A stretch of 64,000 bases of DNA from Bdellovibrionales bacterium (GCA_965199825.1 OZ241329.1:2400001-2464000); one strand, 5' to 3'; counted from the stretch's first letter, positions 9,275 through 20,746 are shown. Made by a program: numbers and translations. Notes: generated from the letters alone by a model not told the origin.

Positions 9275-10146
9275 GCGTTCGTTAAAGCTTGAATAAATGT
9301 TTTTGATTTAAAATCTTCAGGCTTTAAAATTTTTGAAACAATCCGTTGATCCATTAATAAAACATCTGCCATCTCACCGTACATAATCTTGAGTGCAAAG
9401 GCGGGAGCGTTAAGTGGAAGCACCCTCACTCCCAGATGCTCGGCTAAAATATGAGTCATTTGACCATTTGTGATGGGATGGGGAGCACACACATTGATCG
9501 CCCCTTTACAGTTGGCGTTACTTAAAGCTTTGCTCACAAGCGATGACAAATCATCAAGCGCGATAAAACTAAATCCTTGAGTGCCCGGACCAAGTGCTGC
9601 CCCAAGACCTTTTTTAAAAATTGGCTCAACCTGTTTTAAAAATCCTCCACCATGACCGATCACTGGTGGAATCCTTAAGTGAAGAGTGCGCGCGCCCTCA
9701 ATGTGGGCAGCCGCCTCCCATTCTTTGCAAAGATCGGCTAAAAATCCTGTTCCCAGTGGCGAATCCTCATCCTGGATGTCACTGCTTGAGGGATAAATTC
9801 CGATTGCAGATGCCGAAATAAAAATTTTTATTTTTTGGCCAGAGCGACTTAAGCCAGCAATCAGATTTTTTGTTGTGGTGATTCTTGAGTCAAATAAAAT
9901 TTGTTTTCTTTCTTTGGTCCATCTGCTATCTGCGATTCCTTCACCTGCCAAATGAATGATCGCATCCACATCTTTATAGGCTTCAAGCGGAGGCTCACCT
10001 TTTAGGCCATCCCATTTAAAAAGTGCATATGGGCTATTGGATGCAGGATTACGACTAAGACCCACAACCTCGTGCTGCGCTTTTTTAAGATCAGCTGAGA
10101 TTTTTCGTCCTAGAAATCCGGTAACTCCGGTCATCAGAATTTTCAT
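9271..10146 (-). CDS. TIGR01777/YfcH-type NAD-dependent epimerase family protein
   Basis: TGVTGFLG, IHLAGEGIADSRWT, SASAIGIY, FLADLCKEWE. Confidence 0.9.
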   Translation of the reverse strand: MKILMTGVTGFLGRKISADLKKAQHEVVGLSRNPASNSPYALFKWDGLKGEPPLEAYKDVDAIIHLAGEGIADSRWTKERKQILFDSRITTTKNLIAGLSRSGQKIKIFISASAIGIYPSSSDIQDEDSPLGTGFLADLCKEWEAAAHIEGARTLHLRIPPVIGHGGGFLKQVEPIFKKGLGAALGPGTQGFSFIALDDLSSLVSKALSNANCKGAINVCAPHPITNGQMTHILAEHLGVRVLPLNAPAFALKIMYGEMADVLLMDQRIVSKILKPEDFKSKTFIQALTNA

Positions 10147-11420
10147 GACTTTAAAGCTTTGCGGTAAGTTTCAAGACATCGCTCTCTAGCCTCTTGATGA
10201 TTGACAATCGGACTTGGCTGATCGCCTTTAAGCCATTTGTTGCGATAGTTTTTATCGGCATCAAACTTTTTGGCCTGCTCCATTGGATTAAAAATTCTAA
10301 AGTAAGGAGCCGCATCACATCCACAGCCCGCAGCCCATTGCCAATTTCCCACATTTGAGGATTGTTCAAAATCATGGAGCTTTTCGGCAAAGTAGCGCTC
10401 GCCCCAACGCCAATCAATCAAAAGATGTTTACATAAAAAACTTGATACAATCAGGCGTGCACGGTTGTGCATAAAACCGGTTTGATTGATCTCGGTCATT
10501 GCCGCATCAACAATGTCATAACCCGTTTTGCCCTCACACCAGGCCTTGAATTCTTTTTTGTCATTGCGAAATTTGATCTTGTCATATTTTGGCTTAAAGG
10601 CCTTATCCACGGTGTGCGGAAAATAATAAAGGACCGCCATAAAAAATTCTCGCCAAATGAGTTCTCCCAAATAAACCGGCGAGGTCTTTTGGGCCAGTTG
10701 CGCTAGCTTTCGGATCGAGAGAGTTCCAAATCGTAAATGCACATCCACATGAGTGGTGCTCGATTGCCCCATAAAATTTCTGAGTTCGCCGTATTTTTTT
10801 AAAAATTCAGGATTCAGTTGAGGTTTAGGAATTTTTTGTTCGGTAGATTCAAAGCCGATATCTTTAAGAGAAATCGATTTTTGGGGCTTGATTTGAAAAC
10901 CATTTTTAAGATTTTTTTCGCTAGCAAAATGGGGGATTGGTTTTAAAACCTTACGCCATTTTTTTGCATAGGGAGTGTACACCGAATACGGATCGCCTGA
11001 ATCTTTAAGCACATCTTTGTAATCATGAATCACTTGATCTTTAAAGGTCAAAAAATCGATTTTTTGGGATTCAAGATACTCTTTGACCTTTTGGTCGCGC
11101 TCCCTTGCATAGGGTTCATAATCTTCGTTGCAATAAACCGATTTGATCTCAAATTCCTTTGATAGTTTTTTAAAAACTTCTATGGGTTTGCCGATTTCGA
11201 TCCGCAAAGAACTCTTATGTTTCTCAAATTGTTTTTTTAAATCCATGACTTGGTCAAAAATAAATTCGACCCGTGCATCTTTTTTATTTTTTAATAAATC
11301 TAAAATGGAACGATCAAAAATAAAAATGGGTAAGGTGGGATTATCACTCTTAAGTGCTTCAAATAGTCCGTGATTGTCATCGCTGCGTAAGTCTCTCCGA
11401 AACCAAAATAGATTAACCAT
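10143..11420 (-). CDS. phrB: Deoxyribodipyrimidine photolyase
   Basis: WFRRDLR.DDN, ELIWREF, TGFMHNRAR, GNWQW, YFRIFNP. Confidence 0.95.
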   Translation of the reverse strand: MVNLFWFRRDLRSDDNHGLFEALKSDNPTLPIFIFDRSILDLLKNKKDARVEFIFDQVMDLKKQFEKHKSSLRIEIGKPIEVFKKLSKEFEIKSVYCNEDYEPYARERDQKVKEYLESQKIDFLTFKDQVIHDYKDVLKDSGDPYSVYTPYAKKWRKVLKPIPHFASEKNLKNGFQIKPQKSISLKDIGFESTEQKIPKPQLNPEFLKKYGELRNFMGQSSTTHVDVHLRFGTLSIRKLAQLAQKTSPVYLGELIWREFFMAVLYYFPHTVDKAFKPKYDKIKFRNDKKEFKAWCEGKTGYDIVDAAMTEINQTGFMHNRARLIVSSFLCKHLLIDWRWGERYFAEKLHDFEQSSNVGNWQWAAGCGCDAAPYFRIFNPMEQAKKFDADKNYRNKWLKGDQPSPIVNHQEARERCLETYRKALKS

Positions 11421-14400
11421 TAAGCATCCAGCTCCGTGTGATTCAGGTGGCCAAATAGCTGGCCTACTTTCTCGAAGAACTCCAAGGAAGGCTCGATGCC
11501 CATTGGATCAAGCACATCCAACCGGACAGACGCCTTGAGATCGTCGAGTTCTATATGGAGTGATACAGGAATTTGTCCCGGCATGGATAGCATTAAAGCT
11601 TTAAGTTGATCGAGCTTTTGGTGTGAGTCCGCTGCGAGATGAAAATTCAGCCGCTTGCCCCGCTTTAAGGTGTCGCTAAATTTACGGGCATCTTCGACAA
11701 AAACCTTTTGGCCTTCGTTTTCTCGACTGAGCTCACCAGAAATTAAAATTGGGCCTTCTTCACGTAGTAAAAATTGGGCTTTGACATAGGCATCTGGAAA
11801 AATCACCAGCTCAAGTGTGCCGGTGAGATCTTCAAATTGGGCAAAGGCCATACGTGTGCCCTTTTTTGTGATGATCTCTCTTAAACTCGTAATCAATCCC
11901 AACAGCTGTACCGGTTTTTTATTTTCTAATTTTTTTAAATGCTCGGTTTTGATGATTTGAAAATTTTTGGTCAAACGATCAAACCCTTGGAGCGGATGAT
12001 CCGACAAGAAAAATCCTAAGACTTCCTTTTCATAAGCAAGCCTTAGACTTCTTGAAAACTCCTCGCTCACCGCAAGCCGCACCGAAGCCTCTTCTTCGGT
12101 GTCTTTAGCAAACAAACTCACCTGCCCGAGTTCGGCATCTTTGCGCGAGCGCCCTGCGCGATCGATAAATTGGGCATACCCTTCAAAAATTTGTTTGCGG
12201 TTGTATCCAAATCCATCAAAGGCTCCAGCCTTGACCAAACTTTCTATGGTTTTTTTGTTTATTCTTTTTAAATCCACCCGGTTAAAAAAATCATCGAGTG
12301 ATTTAAATTCGCCGCCATGAAAGCGGGCCTCAACGATTGCTTCGACCGCACTCTCGCCCACCCCTTTGATTGCTCCGAGGGAAAAAAAGATGCGCTCCCC
12401 TTTGACCGTAAATTTATATTCGGAAGCATTGACGTGAGGAGGAAGCACTTCGATCCCGCGCCGTTTGGCATCCTTAACGTATTTTACGATCTTATCGGTA
12501 TCGTTCATCTCGGTAGATAACAAAGCCGCATAAAATTCGATGGGATAATAATTCTTGAGCCACGCGGTTTGTGCCGCTACCACACAATACGCAGCAGCAT
12601 GGGATTTGTTAAAACCGTATTTGGCAAATTCGGCCATAGTATCAAAAAGCTCGCCCGCTTTTTTCAAATCATATTTATTTATTTTCGCACCGGCCAAAAA
12701 TCGATCTTTTTGTTTTGCCATCACCTCGGGAATTTTTTTACCCATGGCTCTGCGTAAAAGATCGGCTTCGCCCAAAGAGTAATTGGCAATACGGGCTGCA
12801 ATCAGTTGCACTTGCTCTTGATAAACCACCACGCCGTAAGTTTCGCGCAAGATATTTTCGAGCGGCTCAAAATCATATTCAACTTTGACCTCGCCACTTT
12901 TTCGCTCAAGATAAGAGGGAATCATATCCATTGGGCCTGGGCGATAAAGAGCATTGATTGCAACGATATCTTCAAATGTCGTGGGCTTGGCTTTACGAAT
13001 TAAATCGGTGATGCCCTCACCCTCAAATTGAAAAATCCCTGCCGTATCTCCTCGGCACATGATCTCGTAAATGCCTTTGTCAGTGAGTGCAATGTCTTGG
13101 GGTTTAAATATCTTTTGTCGATTTTTTTCGATCAATTCAAGAGCATCTTGAATGAGGGTTAACGTTTTTAATCCCAAAAAATCAAATTTGATGAGCCCGA
13201 TTTTTTCGGCATGCTTCATGTCGTACTGAACAACATTTTCGCCATCGGCACCGCGATAAAGGGGTGCAAGCTCAACAATGTTGCCATTGGCGATCACCAC
13301 ACCCGCCGCATGAATCCCCGCGTGGCGTACAAGACCTTCGATCTTCCGGGCAAGATCTAACAGAGTTTGAATCTTTGGATCCTGCTCCATGTATTCTTTT
13401 AAACGCGGCTCAAGTTGAATTGCTTCATCCAAAGTGATCCCCAATTTTTCGGGAATCAATTTTGTAACCACATCGACTTCGCTAAAAGTCATCCCCATCA
13501 CCCGGCCCACATCGCGCAAAGCTGCACGGGCTTGAAGTTTTCCAAAGGTGATAATTTGCGAGACCGAAGCCTCGCCGTATTTTTGGGTGACGTAGCTGAT
13601 CACACGGCCGCGATGCTCTTGACAAAAATCCACATCGAAATCGGGCATCGAAATCCGCTCGGGATTTAAAAATCGCTCAAAGATCAGATTGTAGGGCATC
13701 GGATCAAGATCGGTAATGCCTAAAGAGAATGCGACCAAAGATCCCGCACCCGATCCACGACCGGGCCCCACTGGAATATTATTATTTTTTGCCCAACGAA
13801 TAAAATCTTGAACGATCAGAAAATAACCGGTGAACCCCATCTTGGTGATCACCTCGAGTTCATAGCTTAAACGCTTAAAGTATTCGGGCACTTTTTGGTC
13901 CGAAACTTTTTCGCCTCGCGCTTCGGCTTCTAAAAAGCGCTCGCTTAATCCTTGCTCCGAGAGTTTTTGGATCTCTTCTTCGATACTGACATTTTGTTCT
14001 AAGGGGTATGTGGGAAGATGGTAAATGGGTTTGCCACTTTCATCCTCGATGCGGAACTCAACATTGCACTGCTCGGCAATTTTAACAGTACGCTCAAGAG
14101 CTTCGGGTACATCCTTAAAAAGATCTTGCATGGCCTTGGGGCTTTTAAAATAAAATTGGTCAGTCCCTAATCGATAGCGGGTGGGATCCTGCAGAGTGCG
14201 GTTACTGCCAATACAAATCAACACCTCTTGAGCGAGCTGATCTTCACGCGACACGTAGTGCACGTCGTTTGCGGCTACACTTAAAACTCCCAGTTCTTTT
14301 TCCATTTGAATCAAAAAGTCGCAAATTTCGCTCGACTGAGGTAAACCTGTTCTATTGAGTTCAAGATATAAATCTTGGCCGTAGATATCTTTGAGTCGCA

Positions 14401-14881
14401 GTATTTTTTCTCGCGCTTTTGCAGGCCCTTCGTTCACAAAGGTCCAAGGGATTTCTCCACCCATACCCGAGGTTAAACAAATCAAGTTTGATGAAAATTG
14501 TTTTAAAACTTCGTAATCAACTCTAGGTTTATAATAAAAACCTTCTTTAAAGCCGATCGATGAGAGCTGACACAGATTTTTATACCCCTCATTATTTTTG
14601 GCGAGCAAAACTAATTTTCGATTGGGTTGGCGCTGATCTTTTTGTTCGCCCTTTATCAGTCGGCTTTGGGGTGCGACATAAACTTCAAGGCCGATGATCG
14701 GCTTGACCTGATTTTCTAAACAAGCAAAATAAAATTCAACCGCACCAAACATGTTGCCATAGTCGGTAAGTGCCACTGCAGGCATATCAAAAGATTTAGC
14801 TTTTTTTGCAAGAGCTTTAGGAAGGCAAGTGGCCTCGAGAAGAGAATATTGTGAGTGCACATGCAAATGGACAAAAGACAC
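11420..14881 (-). CDS. dnaE: DNA polymerase III alpha subunit
   Basis: FVHLHVHSQYSLL, GPGRGSGAGS, MPDFDVDF, KFDFLGL, YGFNKSH. Confidence 0.98.
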   Translation of the reverse strand: MSFVHLHVHSQYSLLEATCLPKALAKKAKSFDMPAVALTDYGNMFGAVEFYFACLENQVKPIIGLEVYVAPQSRLIKGEQKDQRQPNRKLVLLAKNNEGYKNLCQLSSIGFKEGFYYKPRVDYEVLKQFSSNLICLTSGMGGEIPWTFVNEGPAKAREKILRLKDIYGQDLYLELNRTGLPQSSEICDFLIQMEKELGVLSVAANDVHYVSREDQLAQEVLICIGSNRTLQDPTRYRLGTDQFYFKSPKAMQDLFKDVPEALERTVKIAEQCNVEFRIEDESGKPIYHLPTYPLEQNVSIEEEIQKLSEQGLSERFLEAEARGEKVSDQKVPEYFKRLSYELEVITKMGFTGYFLIVQDFIRWAKNNNIPVGPGRGSGAGSLVAFSLGITDLDPMPYNLIFERFLNPERISMPDFDVDFCQEHRGRVISYVTQKYGEASVSQIITFGKLQARAALRDVGRVMGMTFSEVDVVTKLIPEKLGITLDEAIQLEPRLKEYMEQDPKIQTLLDLARKIEGLVRHAGIHAAGVVIANGNIVELAPLYRGADGENVVQYDMKHAEKIGLIKFDFLGLKTLTLIQDALELIEKNRQKIFKPQDIALTDKGIYEIMCRGDTAGIFQFEGEGITDLIRKAKPTTFEDIVAINALYRPGPMDMIPSYLERKSGEVKVEYDFEPLENILRETYGVVVYQEQVQLIAARIANYSLGEADLLRRAMGKKIPEVMAKQKDRFLAGAKINKYDLKKAGELFDTMAEFAKYGFNKSHAAAYCVVAAQTAWLKNYYPIEFYAALLSTEMNDTDKIVKYVKDAKRRGIEVLPPHVNASEYKFTVKGERIFFSLGAIKGVGESAVEAIVEARFHGGEFKSLDDFFNRVDLKRINKKTIESLVKAGAFDGFGYNRKQIFEGYAQFIDRAGRSRKDAELGQVSLFAKDTEEEASVRLAVSEEFSRSLRLAYEKEVLGFFLSDHPLQGFDRLTKNFQIIKTEHLKKLENKKPVQLLGLITSLREIITKKGTRMAFAQFEDLTGTLELVIFPDAYVKAQFLLREEGPILISGELSRENEGQKVFVEDARKFSDTLKRGKRLNFHLAADSHQKLDQLKALMLSMPGQIPVSLHIELDDLKASVRLDVLDPMGIEPSLEFFEKVGQLFGHLNHTELDA

Positions 14882-14884
14882 TGA

Positions 14885-16414
14885 TCACTCCCACTCAATA
14901 GTTCCCGGGGGCTTGGATGTGACGTCGTACACAATGCGGCTAACTCCCTGAACCTCATTTGTGATGCGCGAGGAGACCTTGCGCATAAAATCAGGCGGGA
15001 AATCAAACCAGTCGGCCGTCATTCCATCAACCGAAGTGACAGCCCGTAATGCCGCCACTTTATCATAGGTCCGCTGATCCCCTTGAACCCCCACAGTTTG
15101 TATTGGCAGCAGCACAGCGAAGGCTTGCCAAATTTTTTGATAGAGATTTGAGTGTTTCAATTCTTCGATAAAAATTGCATCGACATCTTTTAAAATATTT
15201 AAATCTAGACGATGGATAGAGCCAATAATTCGGATGGCTAATCCCGGACCAGGAAAGGGATGCCGCCACAACATCTCCTGAGGTAATCCCAATTGCTCTC
15301 CCAAATGCCTGACCTCATCTTTAAACAATTCGCGCAAAGGTTCGACAAGTATCAGGTTTAAATCTTTAGGTAAGCCGCCCACATTGTGATGACTCTTAAT
15401 CGTAACGCTTGTTCCGCGTGGGGACACACTCTCAATCACATCGGGATAAAGTGTTCCTTGAGCTAAAAAGCGAAACTCAAGATTAAGATCTTTCATCGCA
15501 CCTTTAAACACATCAATAAAAGTTTTGCCGATAATTTTACGTTTTTCTTCGGGATCGCTGACACCTTCGAGTCGATCCAGAAATTGATCTTCGGCATTGA
15601 CCCCATGAACATTTAAACCAATTTTTTTGTACTTCTCCAAAACTTCGGCATATTCATTTTTGCGCAGCAGCCCCGTATCGACAAACACACAAGTCACACG
15701 CTCAGCCCCAAGGGCCTGGGTTAACAGGGTCCCAACAACGGTGGAGTCCACACCTCCACTTAAAGCGCACAAAACACGATCACCTTCAGGAACAGTCGCA
15801 CTAATTTTTTGTTTTAAAAATTGAGCAATCGAATTTTGCGACCAATTGCGCTCAGAATGACAAAGATCAAAAATAAAATTTTTTAATATTTTTGTGCCGT
15901 GCTCGGTATGAGTGACTTCAGGATGAAACTGCACCGCTATTGATTTTTCAGAACGCATCGCCGAGGGATGACCCGACTGACTGCGCGCAGTGATCTCAAA
16001 ATCAGGAGGTGGAACTTTGATGACATCACCATGACTCATCCACACCTGATGATTTAGAGGAATATCGCCAATGGCCGATTGCCATTGATTTCCCATCAGG
16101 CCGTATTCCCGTTTATTTGATTTCTCAACCACTCCGCCCCATTGCTGAGTCATCAACTGCATGCCATAGCAAATACCCATAAGAGGTGCCACGGCTTCAA
16201 GTTCTTTAAGATCCGAGCGCAGTGGCGCATCTGTGTCTAAGACGCTACTGGGTCCACCACTTAATATGATGCCGCTTGGATTTTTTTGTTTGATGATTTC
16301 AAGCGGAGTATCAAATTTTAAAATTTCCGAAAATACACCTAGCTCGCGTACCCGTCGGGCAATCAGCTGTGTGTATTGCGATCCAAAATCGAGAATCAAA
16401 ATGCTATTTGTCAT
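14885..16414 (-). CDS. guaA: GMP synthase (glutamine-hydrolysing)
   Basis: LDFGSQYTQLI, GICYGMQ, SGGVDS, KSHHNVGG, KPPGTIEWE. Confidence 0.98.
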   Translation of the reverse strand: MTNSILILDFGSQYTQLIARRVRELGVFSEILKFDTPLEIIKQKNPSGIILSGGPSSVLDTDAPLRSDLKELEAVAPLMGICYGMQLMTQQWGGVVEKSNKREYGLMGNQWQSAIGDIPLNHQVWMSHGDVIKVPPPDFEITARSQSGHPSAMRSEKSIAVQFHPEVTHTEHGTKILKNFIFDLCHSERNWSQNSIAQFLKQKISATVPEGDRVLCALSGGVDSTVVGTLLTQALGAERVTCVFVDTGLLRKNEYAEVLEKYKKIGLNVHGVNAEDQFLDRLEGVSDPEEKRKIIGKTFIDVFKGAMKDLNLEFRFLAQGTLYPDVIESVSPRGTSVTIKSHHNVGGLPKDLNLILVEPLRELFKDEVRHLGEQLGLPQEMLWRHPFPGPGLAIRIIGSIHRLDLNILKDVDAIFIEELKHSNLYQKIWQAFAVLLPIQTVGVQGDQRTYDKVAALRAVTSVDGMTADWFDFPPDFMRKVSSRITNEVQGVSRIVYDVTSKPPGTIEWE

Positions 16415-16424
16415 CTTATGTTAC

Positions 16425-17885
16425 CTATTCGAGCCGATAATTTGGAGCTTCTTTGGTAATGCTCACATCGTGGACATGGGACTCTCGCAAACCCTGCGGA
16501 GTCACTCGAACAAACTTGGCTTTCTTTTGGAGCTCTTCGATATTTTTTGCGCCTATGTAGCCCATTCCAGATTTTAGCCCACCAACAAGTTGATGCAAAA
16601 TTCCACTGGCCGACCCACGGTAAGGCACCTTGCCCTCAATCCCTTCGGGCACAAGTTTATCGAGATCCATCACTTCACCTTGGCCATAGCGATCTTTTGA
16701 TCCTTGTTGCATGGCCGAGACGCTGCCCATTCCGCGATACATTTTATAAGTGCGGCCTTGATACAAAATGGTTTCGCCAGGACTCTCATCCGAGCCGGCT
16801 AAAAGATTGCCAATCATAACGGTGTTTGCACCCAGTGCTAAAGCCTTTGTAAGATCGCCCGAAAATTTAATTCCACCATCAGCAATAATTGTCTTACCCA
16901 ATTCGCGAGCGACCTTTGAGCACTGGATCACCGCAGAAATTTGGGGCATGCCCACGCCTGAAACCATTCGTGTTGTACAAATACTTCCTGGGCCCACACC
17001 AATTTTTACAACATCAACTCCAGCCCGAATAAGGTCTTCGGTCCCTTCAGGAGTAACCACATTTCCGGCAACCAAAATGGTGTCTTTAAATTTTTTTGAG
17101 AGATGCCGAACCATTGCGAGAACATTTTTTGAATGTCCATGAGCGGTATCTATACATAAAATATCAACACCATTTTCAACCAAGTGGGCGGCGCGATCGG
17201 CCGATGTGGCATCCACACCGACTGCGGCTCCAACTAAAAGTCTTCCGTGCCGATCTTTGGTGGCTTGGGGAAAAGTTTGAGACTTTTCGATATCCTTAAT
17301 GGTGATCAAGCCTTGCAAAAGGCCCTTATCATCCACTACCGGTAATTTTTCGATTCTGTGTTTTTGCAAAATCTGTTTTGCAAGCTCTAGAGTTGTGCCG
17401 ACGGGGGCTGTAATCAACTTTTGTTTAGGGGTCATGATGTTTTGAATGGGCTGGTCGACATTTGTCTCAAAGCGCAAATCGCGATTGGTCAAAATTCCCA
17501 CAAGTTGCTGATTGACTGTGATTGGCACTCCACTGATGGAGTATTTTCTCATCAAGTCGAGCGCATCACTCACCAGTCGATCCGGACCTAGGGTGATCGG
17601 ATCGCGAATCATTCCGCTTTCGTATTTTTTTACTTTTTCGACTTCGAGTGCTTGATGTTCGATCGATAAATTTTTGTGGATAATGCCGAGGCCGCCATTT
17701 TGGGCCATGACCCGAGCGATTTTATTTTCGGTCACAGTATCCATCGCGGCCGAAATGATCGGCATGCGAAGGACGATGTCGCGAGCAAAAAAACTTTTGG
17801 CCACAATTTGAGTGGGAACAATTTCGCTGTATTGAGGTAAAAGCAAAATATCATCAAAGGTCAGTGCAAAATCATCGGGACTCAT
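16425..17885 (-). CDS. guaB: IMP dehydrogenase
   Basis: [11 protein letters not shown] pair, [22 protein letters not shown]. Confidence 0.98.
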   Translation of the reverse strand: MSPDDFALTFDDILLLPQYSEIVPTQIVAKSFFARDIVLRMPIISAAMDTVTENKIARVMAQNGGLGIIHKNLSIEHQALEVEKVKKYESGMIRDPITLGPDRLVSDALDLMRKYSISGVPITVNQQLVGILTNRDLRFETNVDQPIQNIMTPKQKLITAPVGTTLELAKQILQKHRIEKLPVVDDKGLLQGLITIKDIEKSQTFPQATKDRHGRLLVGAAVGVDATSADRAAHLVENGVDILCIDTAHGHSKNVLAMVRHLSKKFKDTILVAGNVVTPEGTEDLIRAGVDVVKIGVGPGSICTTRMVSGVGMPQISAVIQCSKVARELGKTIIADGGIKFSGDLTKALALGANTVMIGNLLAGSDESPGETILYQGRTYKMYRGMGSVSAMQQGSKDRYGQGEVMDLDKLVPEGIEGKVPYRGSASGILHQLVGGLKSGMGYIGAKNIEELQKKAKFVRVTPQGLRESHVHDVSITKEAPNYRLE

Positions 17886-18394
17886 GCTTTTTCTCCATAC
17901 CACTTTTTATAGTTTAAATAATTCTGGGCTGACTTCGGTAAAAATTCGAGCTCTTGAGGTGTCAAATCCCGAATCTCTCGTGCGGGGCGCCCCATAATCA
18001 GTTTGCCTTCTGAAAATTTGGCGTTTTCGGTAATGAGCGAACCTGCACCAATGATTGATTGCGATGGAATCCAAGCATTATCCATAATGATCGATCCCAT
18101 CCCCACCAAAACCAAATTTCCAATGGTACAACCATGGAGAATCACACTGTGACCCACAGTCACGTCCTCACCAATTTCAACGCCATATTTTCCAAAAGTT
18201 CCATGGATCACGCAATGATCTTGAATGTTGCTGCGCTTGCCAATCCGAATGGGCATCACATCACCTCGCAGCGTGGCCTTAAACCAAACTGAGCACTCGT
18301 CTTCTAAGATCACATCGCCAATGATTTCGGCACTGGGTGCGATAAACGTGTTGGCTCCCAATTGAGGGGTATGTCCACGAAGTGGAAGTGTCAT
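17882..18394 (-). CDS. Gamma carbonic anhydrase family protein
   Basis: Hexapeptide repeats; LRGD, SNIQD, VTVGH..ILHGC. Confidence 0.93.
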   Translation of the reverse strand: MTLPLRGHTPQLGANTFIAPSAEIIGDVILEDECSVWFKATLRGDVMPIRIGKRSNIQDHCVIHGTFGKYGVEIGEDVTVGHSVILHGCTIGNLVLVGMGSIIMDNAWIPSQSIIGAGSLITENAKFSEGKLIMGRPAREIRDLTPQELEFLPKSAQNYLNYKKWYGEKA

Positions 18395-18401
18395 TGAACC
18401 T

Positions 18402-18827
18402 CTAATTTAAAAATCGTTGATCGGGTCGTTTGATTTCGAGTGCGCTATGAAGACTATTGCGATCGCGTGAATGTTCAAAAAATTCTTGCGAACAAAAAAA
18501 TGGAACCTTTGCATAAAGACAAAACGAAACCGCTTCGCTCGCACTCAGTTTGAGCGAGGTGAGCTTTTCGCTTCCCTCAAATTTAACTCTGACGAATTGG
18601 TGTTCTCCGCGCTGCTCAACAAAATCACACCGTGTGGCCTTTACGCCCAAAACTTCTAGAGCTTGATAACTCAAAGCATGGGTGGAGGTTTCAAATCCGG
18701 CTTCGCTCGGTGCGAGAGAGACTGCCACCACGCGCTCGCCCTTTTCTTCACGAAAAAGCAAAACGGGCTTAAAAGCGTCGACCCCAAAGGTCATTCCAAA
18801 GGGTTTAATTTCAAAAAAATTATTCAT
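18402..18827 (-). CDS. DUF151/bifunctional nuclease-like protein (divergent)
   Basis: PVLLFRE..GER.V.V...P.EA and SEAVSFCL..KVPFF pattern; located after miaB. Confidence 0.6.
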   Translation of the reverse strand: MNNFFEIKPFGMTFGVDAFKPVLLFREEKGERVVAVSLAPSEAGFETSTHALSYQALEVLGVKATRCDFVEQRGEHQFVRVKFEGSEKLTSLKLSASEAVSFCLYAKVPFFCSQEFFEHSRDRNSLHSALEIKRPDQRFLN

Positions 18828-20197
18828 TGCTGAAATACTCCTCTCAGTGTTTGAGGATGAATCTGTTCGATTAATACAGGCACCGTTTTTCCAACCAAAT
18901 CTTCTCCACCACTAAAGTGAACAAGTTTATTTTGGGTGGAACGACCGGTCCATTTGAGATGCTCTTGATCCCAGTGCTCAACCAATACTTGCAGCCGCTG
19001 ATCTTGGTAGCGCTTTGCCAATTCAAAACTCTGCTCGCGATGAAAGGCAATCAAGCGACTGAGGCGCTCTGATTTTTCAACCGAAGACACGCCGTCTTCG
19101 TATTTTGAAGCTTTGGTATAGGGCCTAGGGCTATACGAAAAAGCATAGATATTTTCGTAATGGACCTGATTTAAAAGATCCATGGTTTGCTCAAACTGTT
19201 CGGCGGTTTCGCCAGGGAAACCTATAATAATATCGGTAGATAAGACCACATCTGGAATGTGATCTCTTATCATATCGACTTTGTTTAAATAGTCTTCTCT
19301 TGAATATCCACGATTCATCCGCGCCAAAATTTCGGTTGATCCACTTTGAACTGGCAAATGAATATACTCACAAATTTTGTGTCGATACTTGGCCATCACC
19401 TTCATCAATTTTTGATTAAAATCTTTTGGGTGTGAGGTGGTAAACCGAATACGTTCAAGATCGGTGTACAAACTTAAATTTTCTAAGAGATCAGCAAAAT
19501 CGGCTCCGCAATCGCTCAAATAAGAATTTACGTTTTGTCCTAAAACTGTGACCTCTTTGACTCCACGTAAACAAAGAGCATTTATGTCTTTGATCACATG
19601 GCTCATTGGCCTTGAGCGTTCGCGACCGCGGGTAAATGGCACAATACAAAATGAGCAAAAATTATCGCAGCCCTTTGTGATGTTAACAAAGGTCGAAACG
19701 TTGGGATGCCGAATGAGGGTTTCAACATGATAAGGACTGTGATGATCAAATCGGGCATCGACCAAACGTTTTTGGCCCTCTTCCATTTGGCGAATCATTT
19801 TTGGCAGATGATCAATGGAGTCGGGTCCAATCACAAAATCGATCAGGGGTTGTTTTTTGATCAACTTCTCTTTTTCGTGACTGGCCACACAGCCGGCCAC
19901 CCCAATTTTTAAATCGGGGTTTTTGAGTTTGAGTTTTCGATAGCGACCCACTTCGGAATAGACTTTATGTACCGGCTTTTCGCGCACCGAGCACGAATTG
20001 ATCAAAATCAAAGACGCCATCTCAGGAGTGGGCACTTGATTGTAATTGATCATTTCAAGAAGAGCATACATACGGTCGCTGTCGTTGACGTTCATCTGAC
20101 AGCCGTAAGTCGAAATATAAACACCTTTTGTCAAAAAATACCTTTCGCCGTTTCTATTCTTGGATTTATAGTCGCGCCCGAGTTCAGCGTCAAACAT
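18824..20197 (-). CDS. miaB: tRNA methylthiotransferase MiaB
   Basis: TYGCQMN, NSCSVRE, radical SAM CxxxCxxC (GCDNFCSFC), TRAM domain. Confidence 0.96.
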   Translation of the reverse strand: MFDAELGRDYKSKNRNGERYFLTKGVYISTYGCQMNVNDSDRMYALLEMINYNQVPTPEMASLILINSCSVREKPVHKVYSEVGRYRKLKLKNPDLKIGVAGCVASHEKEKLIKKQPLIDFVIGPDSIDHLPKMIRQMEEGQKRLVDARFDHHSPYHVETLIRHPNVSTFVNITKGCDNFCSFCIVPFTRGRERSRPMSHVIKDINALCLRGVKEVTVLGQNVNSYLSDCGADFADLLENLSLYTDLERIRFTTSHPKDFNQKLMKVMAKYRHKICEYIHLPVQSGSTEILARMNRGYSREDYLNKVDMIRDHIPDVVLSTDIIIGFPGETAEQFEQTMDLLNQVHYENIYAFSYSPRPYTKASKYEDGVSSVEKSERLSRLIAFHREQSFELAKRYQDQRLQVLVEHWDQEHLKWTGRSTQNKLVHFSGGEDLVGKTVPVLIEQIHPQTLRGVFQQ

Positions 20198-20215
20198 GGC
20201 ATAGGGAGAAGTGGG

Positions 20216-20746
20216 ATGAAACCAAGACTTGAAACATCAAAAAATTGGACAGCGGTGCCACAAGATTACGTTCGTCAGGTCCTTGAGGTGCTCCACAGTA
20301 ATTTTAAGTCGGACCAAGTGGAGGGCGAGTTTTTTTTTGAGGGGCGTATTTATGCCCAAGAGCTTTTGGTTCGGCTCGGCTTTTTGGCCAAAGGTCGTTT
20401 AAAGCAAATAAATTTCGAGATTTCTCTTCAGTACCAACCCGGAAAAGACAATGTTCCCGATCTTTTGGGCCTTACCGTCGATGCAGGGGCCAATCTTTTA
20501 GAAGAAGCTCTGCGTTCTGAGTTTGCCGACCAATTTTCGCCCGTGTGGCAAGAGATGATCTTTGAGAAAAGGCCTTTGTATATCCAATATTCGGGGACCA
20601 ACACCAAGCTTGAGGACGAAGCCAATCGATTACTCGGAATGGACAGCGAAGGCTTGGTACACGAGCAAGAATCAGAGGAAGCCGAAGCAAAAATTCTGGA
20701 AGAATTAAAAAGTCAGCTCGGACTGGTTGAAGACGAGGAGCATTAA
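20216..20746 (+). CDS. Conserved hypothetical protein
   Basis: ATG at 20216 (MKPRLETSK) avoids overlap with miaB; acidic C-terminus. Confidence 0.75.
   Translation: MKPRLETSKNWTAVPQDYVRQVLEVLHSNFKSDQVEGEFFFEGRIYAQELLVRLGFLAKGRLKQINFEISLQYQPGKDNVPDLLGLTVDAGANLLEEALRSEFADQFSPVWQEMIFEKRPLYIQYSGTNTKLEDEANRLLGMDSEGLVHEQESEEAEAKILEELKSQLGLVEDEEH

Noticed and set aside
11420..14881. Intein in dnaE
   Set aside because: Normal length (1153 aa) and no splicing motifs.
16416..16426. Extra TTATGTTAC copy between guaB and guaA (another near 56872)
   Set aside because: It lacks the GAARRA flank, and a few such 9-mers are expected by chance in 64 kb.
19967..20215. N-terminal extension of the 259-aa ORF
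   Set aside because: Antisense to miaB; the ATG at 20216 is more plausible.
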